NCBI GenBank assembly: GCA_002269645.1
Contig: NIVC01002815.1
Location: 1-64,000 of the forward strand
DNA from: Macrostomum lignano
Lineage: Eukaryota
DNA length: 64,000 nt
Direction: 5' to 3'
Part shown: piece after piece, positions 1-12,689 of the stretch
How positions within the stretch are numbered: the stretch's first letter is position 1
Layout: each line of letters starts with the position of its first letter
Translations under genes and position numbers: made by a program
Notes under the pieces: model-generated
Database searches by the model: none
What the model was told of the DNA's origin: nothing
The model's input: only the letters and a program-made list of their open reading frames with translations

Positions 1-340
1 TCCATCACAACCCTCTCCATCACAACCTTCGCCATCACAACCTCTCCATCACAACCCTCTCCATCACAACATTTCCATCACAACCTCGCCATCACAACCC
101 TCTCCATCAACATTCTCCATCACAACCCTCTCCATCACAACCCCTCATCACAAACCCTCTCCATCACAACCCTCTCCATCACAACTCTCTCCATCACAAC
201 CCTCTCCATCACAACCCTCTCCATCACAACCTCTCCATCACAACCCTCTCCATCACAACCCTCTCCATCACAACCTTCTCCACAACCACCCTCTCCATCA
301 CAACCTTCTCCAAACAACCTTCTCTATCACAAACCTCCAC
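1..340. repeat. 15-bp minisatellite (CCATCACAACCCTCT)n, runs off the window start
   Basis: About 20 imperfect tandem copies read directly; it explains the spurious 135..317 ORF. Confidence 0.95.
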
Positions 341-479
341 AACAGCCCTATGTGCCATCTTTACTTTTCTCCTCAAGCAGCATATGTTTTCCTTTTTCGT
401 TTCTAAGAAATTTGTTTTACCTTTACTTACCTTAACTTTATTCTATTTGTACCGCTTCCTAGATTCATTTTAGAGGCCA

Positions 480-1560
480 CAGGAAACTTAAATGCTGTGC
501 TCCGTCCAGAAATACCCTCGCAATCTCAAGGATAGTCTTGTGGCAGACGGGAACCTGAGAACAATATTTGAGTGAGTAAATGAATAATTAATTGTCTAAT
601 CGATACTGTGGAAGCGGAGAATAGTCCCTATAGATTGTCAGCAATATTTAATAAGCTGATCTGCGATTTCACTATGCCAGATTTAGCTCAACGATGGTGA
701 ATTAATTAAGTAAGAGTCAGAATTTCTCACGCAGTCTCATGAGAAATCACGGTCGGTATGCAACTTTGAAGCGAGTCTCTGGTTGGTGAGTGCGGCTGCT
801 CATGGGGCTGCAGCTGATACGAGCAAGAGCTGGTTGATTGAGCCACGAGCCACACCCAAAAGATGCTCCAGGATCAGAGCCAGGCGGGTGGCAGTAGAGC
901 AGGGGGATCGAATTGTCGATCTGGTTCAAATTTCGCTTTGTAGATTGAGCTCGAGAAAGCCAAATGAGCAGCTCGGTACCAACTTTAATACCGTTCGTTT
1001 GCTTGCGTCTGAAGGCAAGAAAAGCTATCTTTTTGTCAGATAGCAGTTGCTTTTTTTCAACTTTTAATGCCGATAAAACTTTTATCAAAACACAACACAG
1101 GCAAAAATTTGCATACGATTCCGGCATGCAGGAGCAGAATATGATGGAAAAAGACAAGCTCGTTCACTTGTACGTACATGTAGGGACCCACAAAGAGAAA
1201 CTACAGATCGCAAAGCTGCATTCTTGATTTCCGATGCATTTGTTCAACTTTTGATCAAAGGGCTGGTGCTCTTTTGACAATTACTGTTTGATCAGGTCAG
1301 GCGTATTCCTGCACAAGGAATTTGGATAAATAGGGTATACAGAGCATTGGACGAATGAAGTTACATTTCTTGAGCACGGAACCGATCTTTTTGTTCCCAT
1401 TTTGCAAGGGTTGTAAAAGTAGGAGACAAATGGAACGCCTTTTAGATGCGTTGGCTACTGTCCAAGACGCGCATGCGGGACTTCTTTGGACAGCTTTAAT
1501 CGGGGTCGTAGGAGACACGTAACGAGCGTTTGCATCTTGTTGTTATAAAACGCTTTAAGA
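480..1560 (-). mobile_element. Heavily degraded non-LTR (CR1/L2/Jockey-like) reverse transcriptase remnant
   Basis: Minus-strand fragments occur in RT order: KKIGSVLKKCNFIRPMLCIPYLSKFL (like K.G....NYRPISLLP.LSKILE), STATRLALILE, DSYL, and IGTILR (like QGTILG). Many stops and frameshifts. Confidence 0.45.
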
Positions 1561-2405
1561 ATTCGCAATGAAGTCACGGGGACAGCAGCTCTATTGCACT
1601 ATGAACGAAGGATCCGGGACACGCAATGATCGTGTTGACGCGATAAACCTGCACCCGCGCCTCGCGATGATAAGCCAGCACAGTGATCCTAATCGAACAG
1701 GAAAAGCTGTCTAAAACTCAAGCTAAACACAGGGCTCCCAGAAAGGAGTAAGGAAGTGGCCGGCATTGGCATGACTAATAAGCTTAGCCTCTGTGTGTCT
1801 TAGTCCTCGCTTGATGTCATATTATTTATCCAGACTACGTAAGCCTGCTGACCTGAAAGCCGTGCAGAAAAAGCCAGGCATTACAACACAATAATCTGCT
1901 CCTTGTCTGATTTTATTTAGTAAACCATCAACTTGTCGGCACGAACCTAAGAGCGTCTGTATAAACAAAACAAATCATTCAGTACCGCTTGCAGTTTGAC
2001 GGCAGGCCAAGTTATTAACCCAATTCAGCTGGATACAGTCTGACTTGATGAAGATTGTCAGCCAGGCTACTCCATTATTTCATTCCAACTACCCAAGCCC
2101 TCGACCTCCCTGACATATCGATAATCTTGGGATACAGTAAACTGGGAGAACCTCACTTTCTTGAAAAGACTTAGGTTCAAATGTTACCAGCTGTTGTTGA
2201 CGCCCCCTAAGTTTCCAATTCTAAACCTGATTGATCACTGGGGTGGGGAGGCAAAGTTGCTCAGCAGTTAGAGCGTCTGAATTTCGCCCCAAAGCACCAC
2301 ACTAATTGTGGCTCCTTGCACGAAATTTGGTCTTGGGGCTTGTTGTGCAATTCCTGCACACGAGGGCCAACCACCGGGGCACAGTATGTCGGGGTCGCTG
2401 TACTT

Positions 2406-2910
2406 TAGGGGTCGGCAAACTCCGGCCGGCGGGCCACATGCGGCCCGAGAAGCCTCTCTATCCAGCTTTCGGGGCCTTTGAAACTTTACAATAGCCACCC
2501 TGCTCAAGGTTTGGGTCACTTAACTGCTCTCTTCTCTCTAATCTCCTTTCCCTTCTATTTTCTTCCTCTCTCCCTCTCCTCTTTCTCACTCCTCTCCATC
2601 CTCTCCTCTCCACTCCTTTCTTCCACTCCTCTCTCTCCTCTCCACTCCTCTCCTCTTCTCTCCTCTCCTCTCCTCTCCTCTCCTCTCCTCTCCTCTCTTC
2701 TCTCTCTCCTTTCTTCCTCCTCTCCTCTCCTCTCCTTTCTTCTCCTCTCTCTCTCCTCTCCACTCCTCTCCTCTCCTCTCTCTTCTCTCCTCTCCTCTCA
2801 ACTCTCATCTCTCATCTCTCCTATTTGATCTCTCTTCTGCGGAATGGAATGGGCATAACTGCCTGACTTCTCTCAAGCTGCGGGCCGACTGTCGCCTTGA
2901 CACCCTCGAT
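2406..2910. mobile_element. hAT/Charlie-like MITE carrying a CT-rich tract
   Basis: Left end taggggtcggcaaactccggccggcgggccacatgcggccc closely matches the element at 62852. A possible right end (ttgacaccctcg) lies near 2908. No TSD found. Confidence 0.5.
2525..2840. repeat. (CTCTC/CTCCT)n polypyrimidine low-complexity tract
   Basis: Read directly; source of the 2458-2828 pseudo-ORFs. Confidence 0.9.
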
Positions 2911-4944
2911 CCCAGCTAACTAACTAAAAATGAGCCTACGAGTTATAGCAATGTTTACTAAATGATCCACAATCAGAAATAAAACCGATTGCGATTGACA
3001 ACTATGTCAGAAATCAGTGCCCATAGTGACACTGATTCGAGGTCATTCTACGGAAGACAGTAGCCACGCAACTCTATAAGCAGCTGCACATTTCAATCCA
3101 ATGCCAGATCGCTGCTCAATATGCGACTTCAGTAGCGCATTCGGGGTCAATCGGGGTCAGAATGAGAAAGCAATACATTTGCATAGCATAATGAATGAAT
3201 TAGCGAGAAAATTCTCGGTAAAACATAAGCACTGCAACTTGTTGCAGATTTCTATATGTAATGCACAGATTATTTTTAGCAGGAATTTCCCCCACTTTTT
3301 GGGCCGAAAAAATCATGCCGATTCTCTGCATTCTTTCTAGGGTCAACCGACAACCTCTGCTTGGAAAAGGAGATTAAATAAAAACAACGAAATAAGTGAA
3401 CAGAGCTATTTCCGAACACTTTCGGTGTGACTTGAAACAGTACAGAAGTCCAATAGCGGTGCAAGGAAGGGGGTATAGACAAACTGAGAGAAACGGCTAT
3501 GCATGGTACAATCGTATGCGCTGCTCCTTACGGAAGGAGTTCAACCAATTTTATTAGCAAGCCATTGAAACCAGCGAAGTACGCGACGCTCAGCTATTCT
3601 CAACAACCATAGCTACGTACAGTCCGTAAGTAAACTGGTTAATCTTGGGCATGTAAGTACCAGGCAAAATTTGATATTACAACAGCTGCATTAGCTTGAA
3701 ACATGTTGCTCGGTTTTGCAAAAACAGAGGATTCGGGATTAACAGGACAGACATGATGTGCTGTGTGAAAATATTCTTTTTTCGCGGGGATACTGCTGGA
3801 ACATAAAACGGATTTCTAAAATTACTAATAAACAAATTTCGGTGCCTCATCACCTAATAGCTACGACAGCTTCGGTTTTATACAGTCCGGAGAAGAGCTA
3901 CTCATGCCCGACTCTGAACAGCCTGCGTGCACGGCGGGAGAGAAGGATTTAGAACAGAGATTTTGTCGAATAATGCAGACAACTATTCAACTGGAAATGT
4001 ACAGTGAGGTCCGATAATGATTTTGCAAATTAAAAAAATATCGAAAATGAAGAGTGGAAAGAGGTAAGTGAGGGTAGAAGGTGAGATTTAGAGCCATAAA
4101 GGAGACTGAGAAGGGTGAGGAGAGTTGGGTTGGGAGTGAGAGAGAGCACAGAGGGAGAGACGCAGTAAATTCTGGCCAAAGCAGGTTTTGACAAAGGAAG
4201 GCAAAGGAGCAGCAATTCCAAGAATTGTTAGAAAATGACTGTCAAAAAATAAATTAACGTACGAAGTTAGATACGATTGCAAAAAACAAAACAAAATATG
4301 AAGAACAGATGAAGGTAAGTCAGAGACGCGCTACGGAACAATGCACTTGCAGGAAAAGGGGATGCACGAACAAGATGACTCGGCTCAAAGGGCAATGCAG
4401 GTTTTTAAAAAGAATTTACAGACGTCCTTCAAACTTCGAAGAGTTTTCGTGTGTAGGAAAAACAACAATACTAGGACTTAACTAATTCAAATGAGTAACA
4501 AGCAAACTTTAGTGCAAGTGTTCTTGTAGGTTCGGGTCGTGCAGGGGTAAAAGTTGGTTGTATTACTTTTGACCCTATTCCTAGTAGGTAGAGGTAAATT
4601 TCTAGAATTTTAGGCAAGGGACATTTATAATGGTTGACTGTGTAATACTTAGACAGATGTACGAGTATAATGAACTAAAATGACTTGGTTAGTTACTGAT
4701 AATCGAAATTATCCGAACTACTCCCATAACATTCTCTATCTAGAACTTCGGCTCTAAGACTCTCCAGCTAGCACACTCGAGGTACAAAGCACTAAGCAGA
4801 TCTGGCAGCAATAATTTTACATGCAGAGTCTAGGCAATACAGATGGAGAGACTGCAGTCTGTAGCGCACAATGACAAGAAAAGAGCGCAAAAAGTTCGAG
4901 CTGGACTCTAGTTCTGTTCCCAAACCCCCAATGGGAGCTCAAAT

Positions 4945-6066
4945 TCAGGAGCACATGCAGGCGCACCGATCAGTGACGTAGTAGTTAATCTGCCGCCAGT
5001 AGCAGAAATAGTCGCCAACAGTTTTGGACAGGCGCATAATCAGCCTGCGGCGTCGCCTCTCCCGCAGGCCCTCGCGTCGGCGTGACTTCCGCGCCTGCCA
5101 GCCTTCAGGCAGGCGACGAGAGCCCGCCGAGGCGGATCCGCGTCTCGACGACGAGGCAGCTGAACCGGCCCCAGTGGCCGCCGCTGCTCGTCCATCTCGG
5201 CGCGGTCGTCGTTGGCGCCTCTTTCCTCGTCGACGCTGGCGTCGACGCCGGCGCTCTTCCCGGCTGACGCCGCGGTGAGCAGATCGACGCCTTGAGCCGC
5301 GCCTTGGATCCTGGGCGTCGTCCATCGAGGCCTTGTCGTTGCAGACCCAGCGCAGGACTTTCAGCTCCTTCTGGCCGCTCTTGCGACACTTCATTCCGGG
5401 TGGCCAGCTGCAGCTGCTCAGCGAACTGCAGACACCGCGGCGGATCCAACGCGGCCAAAACAGCGCGCCCAGGTCCTCCCAGAGGTACTCAACCGGACAG
5501 GCGGCTTGCTTCATTAGCCAGGACTTGAACAGGCGCACAGTCTTGTCGTCGAATGTGACAATTTGGCCAAGCTCGTCTCTCATCGTTCGCAGGTGAATTC
5601 TCTCTAGGTGAGCCAGGAGTTTTGAATCTGGCGCCGACTGCGGCGGCTGCAGATGCTCCTGGGAAGACACAGTCGATGACGCGGTGTCATTGCCCACCGC
5701 AGCGGCGTCGGCCTGACGCGGCCGATCGATAGACACCCAGTTCGGATCGAGCTTGCCGTCCAGCACTTTGCGCAGCTTCCTCGGCTTCATCTGGTTTATC
5801 TGCGGCTCCATGTTCACCGCAGCACCGCTCACTTTTTTACCCATGACGGTGACGTCGATTTGCGCGAACTCCGCACCCCCTGCGGGGGGCCAGGATTTGT
5901 CCACGGGCTCGTCTTTCTTGTCGTACAGCGTGCTCAGGCGGACTGAAGCTTTTCCACTGTAGTCAGGGTTCTGCAGCTGCGCCGAAACTGGCTGATGCGG
6001 GACAACAACAGCCGCCACTAGGAGCAGAAGAAGCAACATAGAAGAGCATCCTGACACTGCGGCCAT
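4945..6066 (-). CDS. nlg: Noggin-like secreted protein (373 aa, intronless CDS) with ~112 aa between Cys5 and Cys6, mostly Arg-rich insertion
   Basis: ATG at 6066; hydrophobic signal peptide (LLLLLLVAAVVV); noggin motifs LRKVLDGKLDPNWVS, WLMKQAACPVEYLWEDLGALFWPRWIRRGVC, CSWPPGMKC, LRWVC and CYW..INYYVTDRCACMC; 9 Cys. Confidence 0.92.
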   Translation of the reverse strand: MAAVSGCSSMLLLLLLVAAVVVPHQPVSAQLQNPDYSGKASVRLSTLYDKKDEPVDKSWPPAGGAEFAQIDVTVMGKKVSGAAVNMEPQINQMKPRKLRKVLDGKLDPNWVSIDRPRQADAAAVGNDTASSTVSSQEHLQPPQSAPDSKLLAHLERIHLRTMRDELGQIVTFDDKTVRLFKSWLMKQAACPVEYLWEDLGALFWPRWIRRGVCSSLSSCSWPPGMKCRKSGQKELKVLRWVCNDKASMDDAQDPRRGSRRRSAHRGVSREERRRRRQRRRGKRRQRRPRRDGRAAAATGAGSAASSSRRGSASAGSRRLPEGWQARKSRRREGLRERRRRRLIMRLSKTVGDYFCYWRQINYYVTDRCACMCS

Positions 6067-7629
6067 GGCGAAGCCTAGCAAAGCAACAGATGAGCTGGCG
6101 AGTATCGAATGAGAACCATAGGTCTTGTCCCCAGTATTTAGAGCCCGCTCTTAGATTTTTGGGAGCCGATAGGGGAAATGCAGGACATTCGTGGGAATTC
6201 AGCTCCCACCCGACCCCTATAATTGCATGCCTTCTCCGCTGATGTCAGATCAGAATTGGCAGCAGCCGACCAGCTCAGGCCTGCCATCACGGAATTTGCT
6301 TGACATTTTACATTTTATTCTATCCTTTTGAGCTTGTCTATCAACCAGGTTAGTCTATAAATTATTGATTTTATCCACCTGCCACTCTTGTCTTCACTAT
6401 AGAGACAAACAATGCCCCAGAACTGCCTAGGGTTTTTTCTATTGTATTTCCATCTTCCAGGAACTTTCAATGGACTCTTTTCCTCTCTCGTGTTCCCCTC
6501 ACTAGTCGTGCGCGATAAAGTTGGCTAAAAACGCAAGCTAAACTACTAAAATAATACTTGTACTTACCGAGGTAATGCAAGCAGATGCCCTGTTTCGATG
6601 CTTCAATGAAAACACTTCGCAGCGAAAAGCTTTTTGACTAGTAACTGGTTGATAAATCGAGTTCAGATGAGACTTATTCGAGTTTCCAGTTTGCCGTTGC
6701 TCCGTTTGACTTCTGGAGGAGCCGCCTGTATAGCGAGGCTTTCGGGACTCAAACCTCAGTGGCTCTTTACGTAACCCAAGGAGGCGAGGTGGGGCTCCGA
6801 CTGACTGACAGGCCAGCGCAGGGGGAGTTGACTGAGTCTATAATATGGGCTTGTTAGAGATTGCAATCTTGAGCCCTCCTGCTCAGTCGAATGCTCCGTG
6901 TGTTTGGTGCCTCCGATATATATTTGATGCTATGGATAAAGATATCCAGCCAAACACGACACGACCAACCGCGGAGAGGGAGGGAGAGAAAATACAAAGG
7001 CCGGCTTTTTGATATGCCAGAGACCTTGTGACAGGTGGATAAAGAAGGGCTCGGGGAAATATATGATATAAGCGCGGATTCCTTGCCGCGTGTGTAATGA
7101 GGGGGCAGCAGAAACACGATATGGCTAGCAGCTACCAAGCACGCGAGTGAAAGCTGCTTCTCCAATGTTGTGGACCAGGCTGAGCGCAAAAGCTCAATAT
7201 ATTCGAACAGAATTTTCTCTTGTCTGTTCAAAGCACTGGAGGGAGAAGGTTGGGGGGGCTACTTTCTGGGTCTTCTGCGTAGCTGTGGTTGGCTAGACTA
7301 CCTATTCTAACTTTACCTGTTCATGATAATACTAGGCAAAGCATGGAACAGGGCTCCTCTATGCAGAGGAGCGCCCTATTGGCTGAGAGGCCAATACATG
7401 CTTAAGCAACAAACTGGCAAAAGTTTAGTCAAAATCTCAAATTTCTAGTATCTAGTGACTTACTGTTTCACGTTGTCTTTATTGGCATTGTTTTCCTTTC
7501 AATAGGCCGTTAGTAATTAGAAAAGATAGGCAGGTGCAGTGGGATCGCGTGGATCGGAAAGGCTGAAACGCCAGATATGCTACTTAGGGCAGTCCCATAA
7601 AGACAGCTCCCATTTCCTAAGAAAAAACT

Positions 7630-8400
7630 CCCAAGGACAGCGCCCTTCCTCAGGGACAGTGTCCTTCCCCAAAGACAGCGCCATTCTTCAGGGACAGCGT
7701 CCTTCCCCAACGACAGCGCCCTTCCTCACAGTGTCCTTATACCCAAAGACAGCGCCCTCCTCAATGACAGTCCTTACCCAAAGACAGCGCCTTCCTCAGG
7801 GACTGCAGTGTCCTTACACAAAGACATCGCCATTCTTCAGGGACAGCTTCCTTCCCCAACGACAGCGCCCTTCCTCACAGTGTCCTTATACCCAAAGACA
7901 GCGCCCTCCTCAATGACAGTCCTTACCCAAAGACAGCGCCTTCCTCAGGGACTGCAGTGTCCTTACACAAAGACAGCGCCATTCTTCAGGGACAGCGTCC
8001 TTCCCCAACGACAGCGCCCTTCCTCAGGGACAGCGTCCTTCCCCAACGACAGCGCCCTTCCTCACAGTGTCCTTATACCCAAAGACAGCGCCCTCCTCAA
8101 TGACAGTCCTTACCCAAAGACAGCGCCATTCTTCAGGGACAGTGTCCTTCCCCCAAAGAAAGCGTCATTCCTCAGGGACAGTGTCCTTACCCAAAGACAG
8201 CGCCATTCCTCAGGGACAGTGTCCTTACCCAAGGAGAGTGTCCTTCCCCAAGGACAGCGCCACTCCTCAGGGACAGTGTCCTTCCCCAAGGACAGCGCCA
8301 TTCCTCAGGGACAGTGTCCTACCCAAGGAGAGTGTCCTTCCCCAAGGACAGCGCCACTCCTCAGGGACAGTGTCCTCCCCAAGGGAGAGCGCCCTTCCCA
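7630..8400. repeat. Minisatellite of ~19-bp subunits (GACAG(C/T)G(C/T)CCTTCC...) with a 149-bp higher-order repeat
   Basis: The variant GACTGCAGTGTCCTTACACAAAGAC recurs at 7801 and 7950. It explains the overlapping ORFs in 7510-8523. Confidence 0.93.
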
Positions 8401-11400
8401 CAGCATCTTGCATGTAAATTTTCCAGGTGGTTACAAATTACGAGTATACGAGTAGAGCACTTTCAAAAGATTCAATTTGCAACTGTTAATAGAAAGGTCC
8501 GTACAATGGTAACATACATGTAAATGCACTTAGTGGCTGAGTCATCTAAATCGTACAAAAAACCGCACCGCATGCGCATCAGATTAGGATTATTACAAGC
8601 TTATTAAAACTTTGTTAATGAAATAGCTTCGAGTGACTGTCGATTAAAGCTGGTAAAACCTAAGAGTTGTAAGGCTACTGCACTTGTTGCAAGGCAATAT
8701 TATGCGCTTTCTATTTGAATTGAAACTGTATCACTTGGCGTCTATACTGTAAGTTGTAAATTCATCATACAGAAGATGCAAATTAAAAAAAACTCCATTT
8801 CACAATGTGTAGAGCAAATGAGAAAAAAATCTAGACTAAAATGGCATCCTTTTAAAGGATATATTTTATTGCAATTTTCAAATGCCTTCCAGTCTATACG
8901 AGCGTATTAAGATACTCAGATATACCCCTATATTGCGTAAATATTTATATAGCCATGCGCATGCACTTGAAAATAAAAGAAACATATATGTAATCTACAA
9001 AAACTAAAAAACATAAATTTGTATACTTCGGCGACTTAAGCAGTAGGATTGGGGTAGAATTGGAGCTCAAAAAACCTCAGAAACTCGAGAGAGAAAACCT
9101 GCCGTCTCATCAGCAACTGAATTGAATGGCTGGGCAAGACTGGAGAGAGGGCAGGCAATGTGAGGCATAGAGAGAAGCTGTGTGTATTCCAAGCGAACCA
9201 AATAAATGCTGCACGCAGTGACTGCCAGTCTTTTGGTCGCCAAGCTGCTTCACAGACACTGTATAAGCTTAGTGAGCGATGGCAAGGGACAACACTAACT
9301 CGCTTTGAGTAGACAAATCTGTTACATTGTTCTCGAGTTTACTAGAACAAGAATTTCATGCATGACTTATATAGCTAGTTAACCATCCACCCCGCCCTCT
9401 ACCTACAAAATTGGTGCGTTCTTTCAATTGCTGCCTATCTCTGCTCCTTGTTTTTTGCTTGTTCAAATTGAGTTTGCATACACCGCAGAGTTGGATGATT
9501 TACGGCTACACACAATGCGTATAGTAGTAGTCTGTTGCAAGTCAATGCAGCTCGCAGTTTGCTTGCTGGAGCTTCTGGCTGAGTTCTACGAGCTACTTTT
9601 GGGTTGACAGACTGGCGTGCCTAAATAATAGACAGTAGTTTGAGAGGACATAGCATGCGCTCGTAATGACGCATCCTGCAAGTTAAGCAGAATTAGCCGT
9701 GGTTAGTACTACTCAGCTGTGTCTGCATGTGAGACACATGAGCAAGTGATGAATTAAGCTGAGCTGCAGTGGCAAAAACCGACTCCAGCGATCCCAACAG
9801 TCTCCAATACTGTATTTACGTACGAGTCGCTTACCAGTACAAAGCATTAATATTGGCTGCATACCTGACGAAATCTATTTGGCAGACGTATATCTGTGTG
9901 TTTTATTTCCTGTATCCTTCTCAATCTAATAACTAAACTATTGATTTGAATTCAAGGTTGAAATCAACACAAGCTAGGTGCTATAGGATCTAATTGGCAA
10001 CACCATTTACATCATTTTGCTAGAATGCTTTCTTATATATAATAAGTATTCATGCCCTATTCAAAACCAGATTCCAGCACTAAAATAACAATTTAGCTCG
10101 TAGAAGCATTCAACATATAGACTACTTATTATCAGTAGCATGCAAAACAATCACAAACTGAAACAAAAAACATGCAAATGAAGTCCAAATCAGTTTCCGG
10201 GATTAAATACCTGTTACAGTCTGACGAAAACAAACAGTATACATTTATTTTGTGCACTTAATTTAGTAAATTGAAATTCATACGCAAACTCATTATTAAT
10301 TGATTGGTGCAGGTTTTGCGAGATAAAAAGTTTATTTGCAAAAATACGGCAACGGCGACAAAGAAAGAGTTATATAGTTACACGCGTGTATTATAAAGAG
10401 CTTATAGGGTCAGTGTACACTTGTTCGACACTTGTCTTCTCCAGCATGGTTTGCTGTTAGTCGCAATATGCTAATTGCAGTTAAAAACAGATTCATATCA
10501 GTGCTGTTAGTGAAAGGCGCGCGTACAGACTTGAAAAAGATCATAAAGACTATATAACAGTTTAATACATTTATACACAATTGCGTAATCTCATGATACG
10601 AATTGACGCAGTTTTAGATCAAATAACAATTATGGATAAACTCTCTTAGGGTGTAATATTGAAGACTTATGTAAAAGACGGTGCAAGCTAAGCTAATATT
10701 TAGCAATAAAAACATCTCACAATCAATTACAAGCTTTTCGATTTTGAATTCACATATCGTGAACAAGTGCTACTCGTATGCTAGGCAAATAAGCGAATCA
10801 ATGTAAGCATAATCGCGTAATAGTTCTCAAAGCATTAGTGAGAATTAGCAACATGATTAGAGACCAAAAATGAGACTCCAAAAGCACTGAAAACATGGGC
10901 TTCTGAGTAGCTTGCAAGCTAAATAGTTATATACGATGCCGAATTACTTGCATTTTAATTTGATCAACAGAAATTTTATATATAGTATATATACAATAGT
11001 AATAAATACAAGTATATAGATTTTTCTAAGCACAGGCGCAAAGCTCTACTGCAAGAAGTAGGCATGCAAGACCAGTTTAGTGTAAAAAGCAGTAATAGTT
11101 ATATAATAGGCAATGTAAAGCAGTGGAGCAAAGTATGAAACAATCATTGAAAGTACATTTGTTGCAAGAATTTCAATCCGTTTGTACTAGCTCATTCAAC
11201 AGCAGATTTCAATCCTAAAGGTGAAAAGCAGCACATAAGACAGGAGCCACAGTAGTCAGTTTCGGGCGCTGATTGATGTACTGCTGGAGGCCACTTTATG
11301 CTGCAGAATGCATTAGCGAGATTAATAAACTTGTGAACAAACCTCGCACCAACCTTAAGCTCCGTTTGTAATTCGGAAGTCCACAAGGGTGAGATATCGA

Positions 11401-12689
11401 GAATTTTAATACTAAAATGAATAATTCCAATCTCGCTAATGCATTTTACAGCAATCATTGGCCTTCTGTGTTAGCTATGTTAGTTGTCCATGAGTAACAC
11501 AACGAAGAGTTGAATAAAACTGTCCCCAAAAACATGATGAGCTTTGCATCATTAGGCATTGCAATAATAATGCATAAACATATTCGCATTTTATTCAACA
11601 ATACCTGTAGCTCAGCAAAGAAAATATGCTATAAATTTTGCTCAAGCCTCGGTGAAATAAAACAAACGACACGAATGCAGCATTTGAATAGAATCAATCT
11701 TTCAATTAGCCTAAAGGTTTTAACAAATCTAGAAAGGGCGCCATCGAAAAGACGGTGTTTTAATCTACTGAGTACTGAGAACCAAAGCTTTGATAATATG
11801 AGAATAGCAGAGCCGCAACTGCACAGATAAGACTGAACAGACAGGCGAATTAAAGCAGACAGTTGCTAGCCTATCTGTTGATTTCACACAGAGATAAGCT
11901 ACTGTTGATTAAAACCAAAGTCCTGACAAGAGAGAAACGAGATAATCTACAAAAAAGCACACAGTTGGGTAAGCGCCGCATCGCTTGCAGCGGAGAATTC
12001 AGTTTAATTTTGCGCAACTGGCGCCAATAAAGGGCAGCACGAAATTATAAAGGGCTGAAAAGCAAGCAGAAATTCTGCGAACCGTGACCTGCGTACGCAG
12101 TGCAGTCAGGCGCTTCAGCTTACCGACAAGACATTAGGCTACTGCTGCTCGCTGAAATGTTCCAGCCCACCCAGCAAGTCAGTGCCCGTTGCCCGATAAA
12201 TATTTCCTACGCAATTCGAGTCCGGACTATTCGCTCCAACATAATCTGGCTTAATGTCATACTGGGCCATACTTCTTCACAGCTCTCATTCTGAATTCTG
12301 ATCAGAAAATCTCATCAGTTCAAAAGAGAGAAACCCGAACCCCAAATCCGCCTAGACACGCGCATGGATGACAAATATGCGTTTTCATTGCAGCATACAC
12401 GCGAGACAATTCCAAATTATTTCAAATTCATAACCAAGCTTGTCTCGAAGTGGGTGGCAGGCTGAATCCGACTGTTTCTATGCTCAAAAAGCAATTATTA
12501 TGGTTGAATGTCCTTGTTCTGTAACATCACGATTGAAACGCAAATAAAGCCTGGCAGATGCTTGATACGTATCATCAACAAAAGCTCATTGGTGTTACTA
12601 CTATTACTATAATACATAATATACATATACTTGCCCAACTTAAAACAACACACTTTCAAGCAGGAGCCTCACAGAGAGCGCACACACAG

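Noticed and set aside
135-317. 60-aa (ERVVM)n ORF
   Set aside because: Translation of the 15-bp minisatellite.
2458-2828. Arg/Glu-rich and Leu/Ser-rich ORFs
   Set aside because: By-products of the CT tract.
5024-5962. Antisense and alternate-frame ORFs over nlg (likewise over MARCH, pol and SLCO)
   Set aside because: Expected shadows of GC-rich coding sequence; no recognisable motifs.
7510-8523. Repetitive ORFs up to 215 aa, possible adhesive or mucin protein
   Set aside because: Several frames on both strands are open, the 19-bp subunit is not a multiple of 3, and there is no signal peptide.
9020-9260. Solo LTR candidate (TG...AATAAA...CA)
   Set aside because: No TSD and no second copy in the window.
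8500-12600. Short ORFs between nlg and MARCH
   Set aside because: No motifs or consistent splice structure; probably UTR or intergenic sequence.
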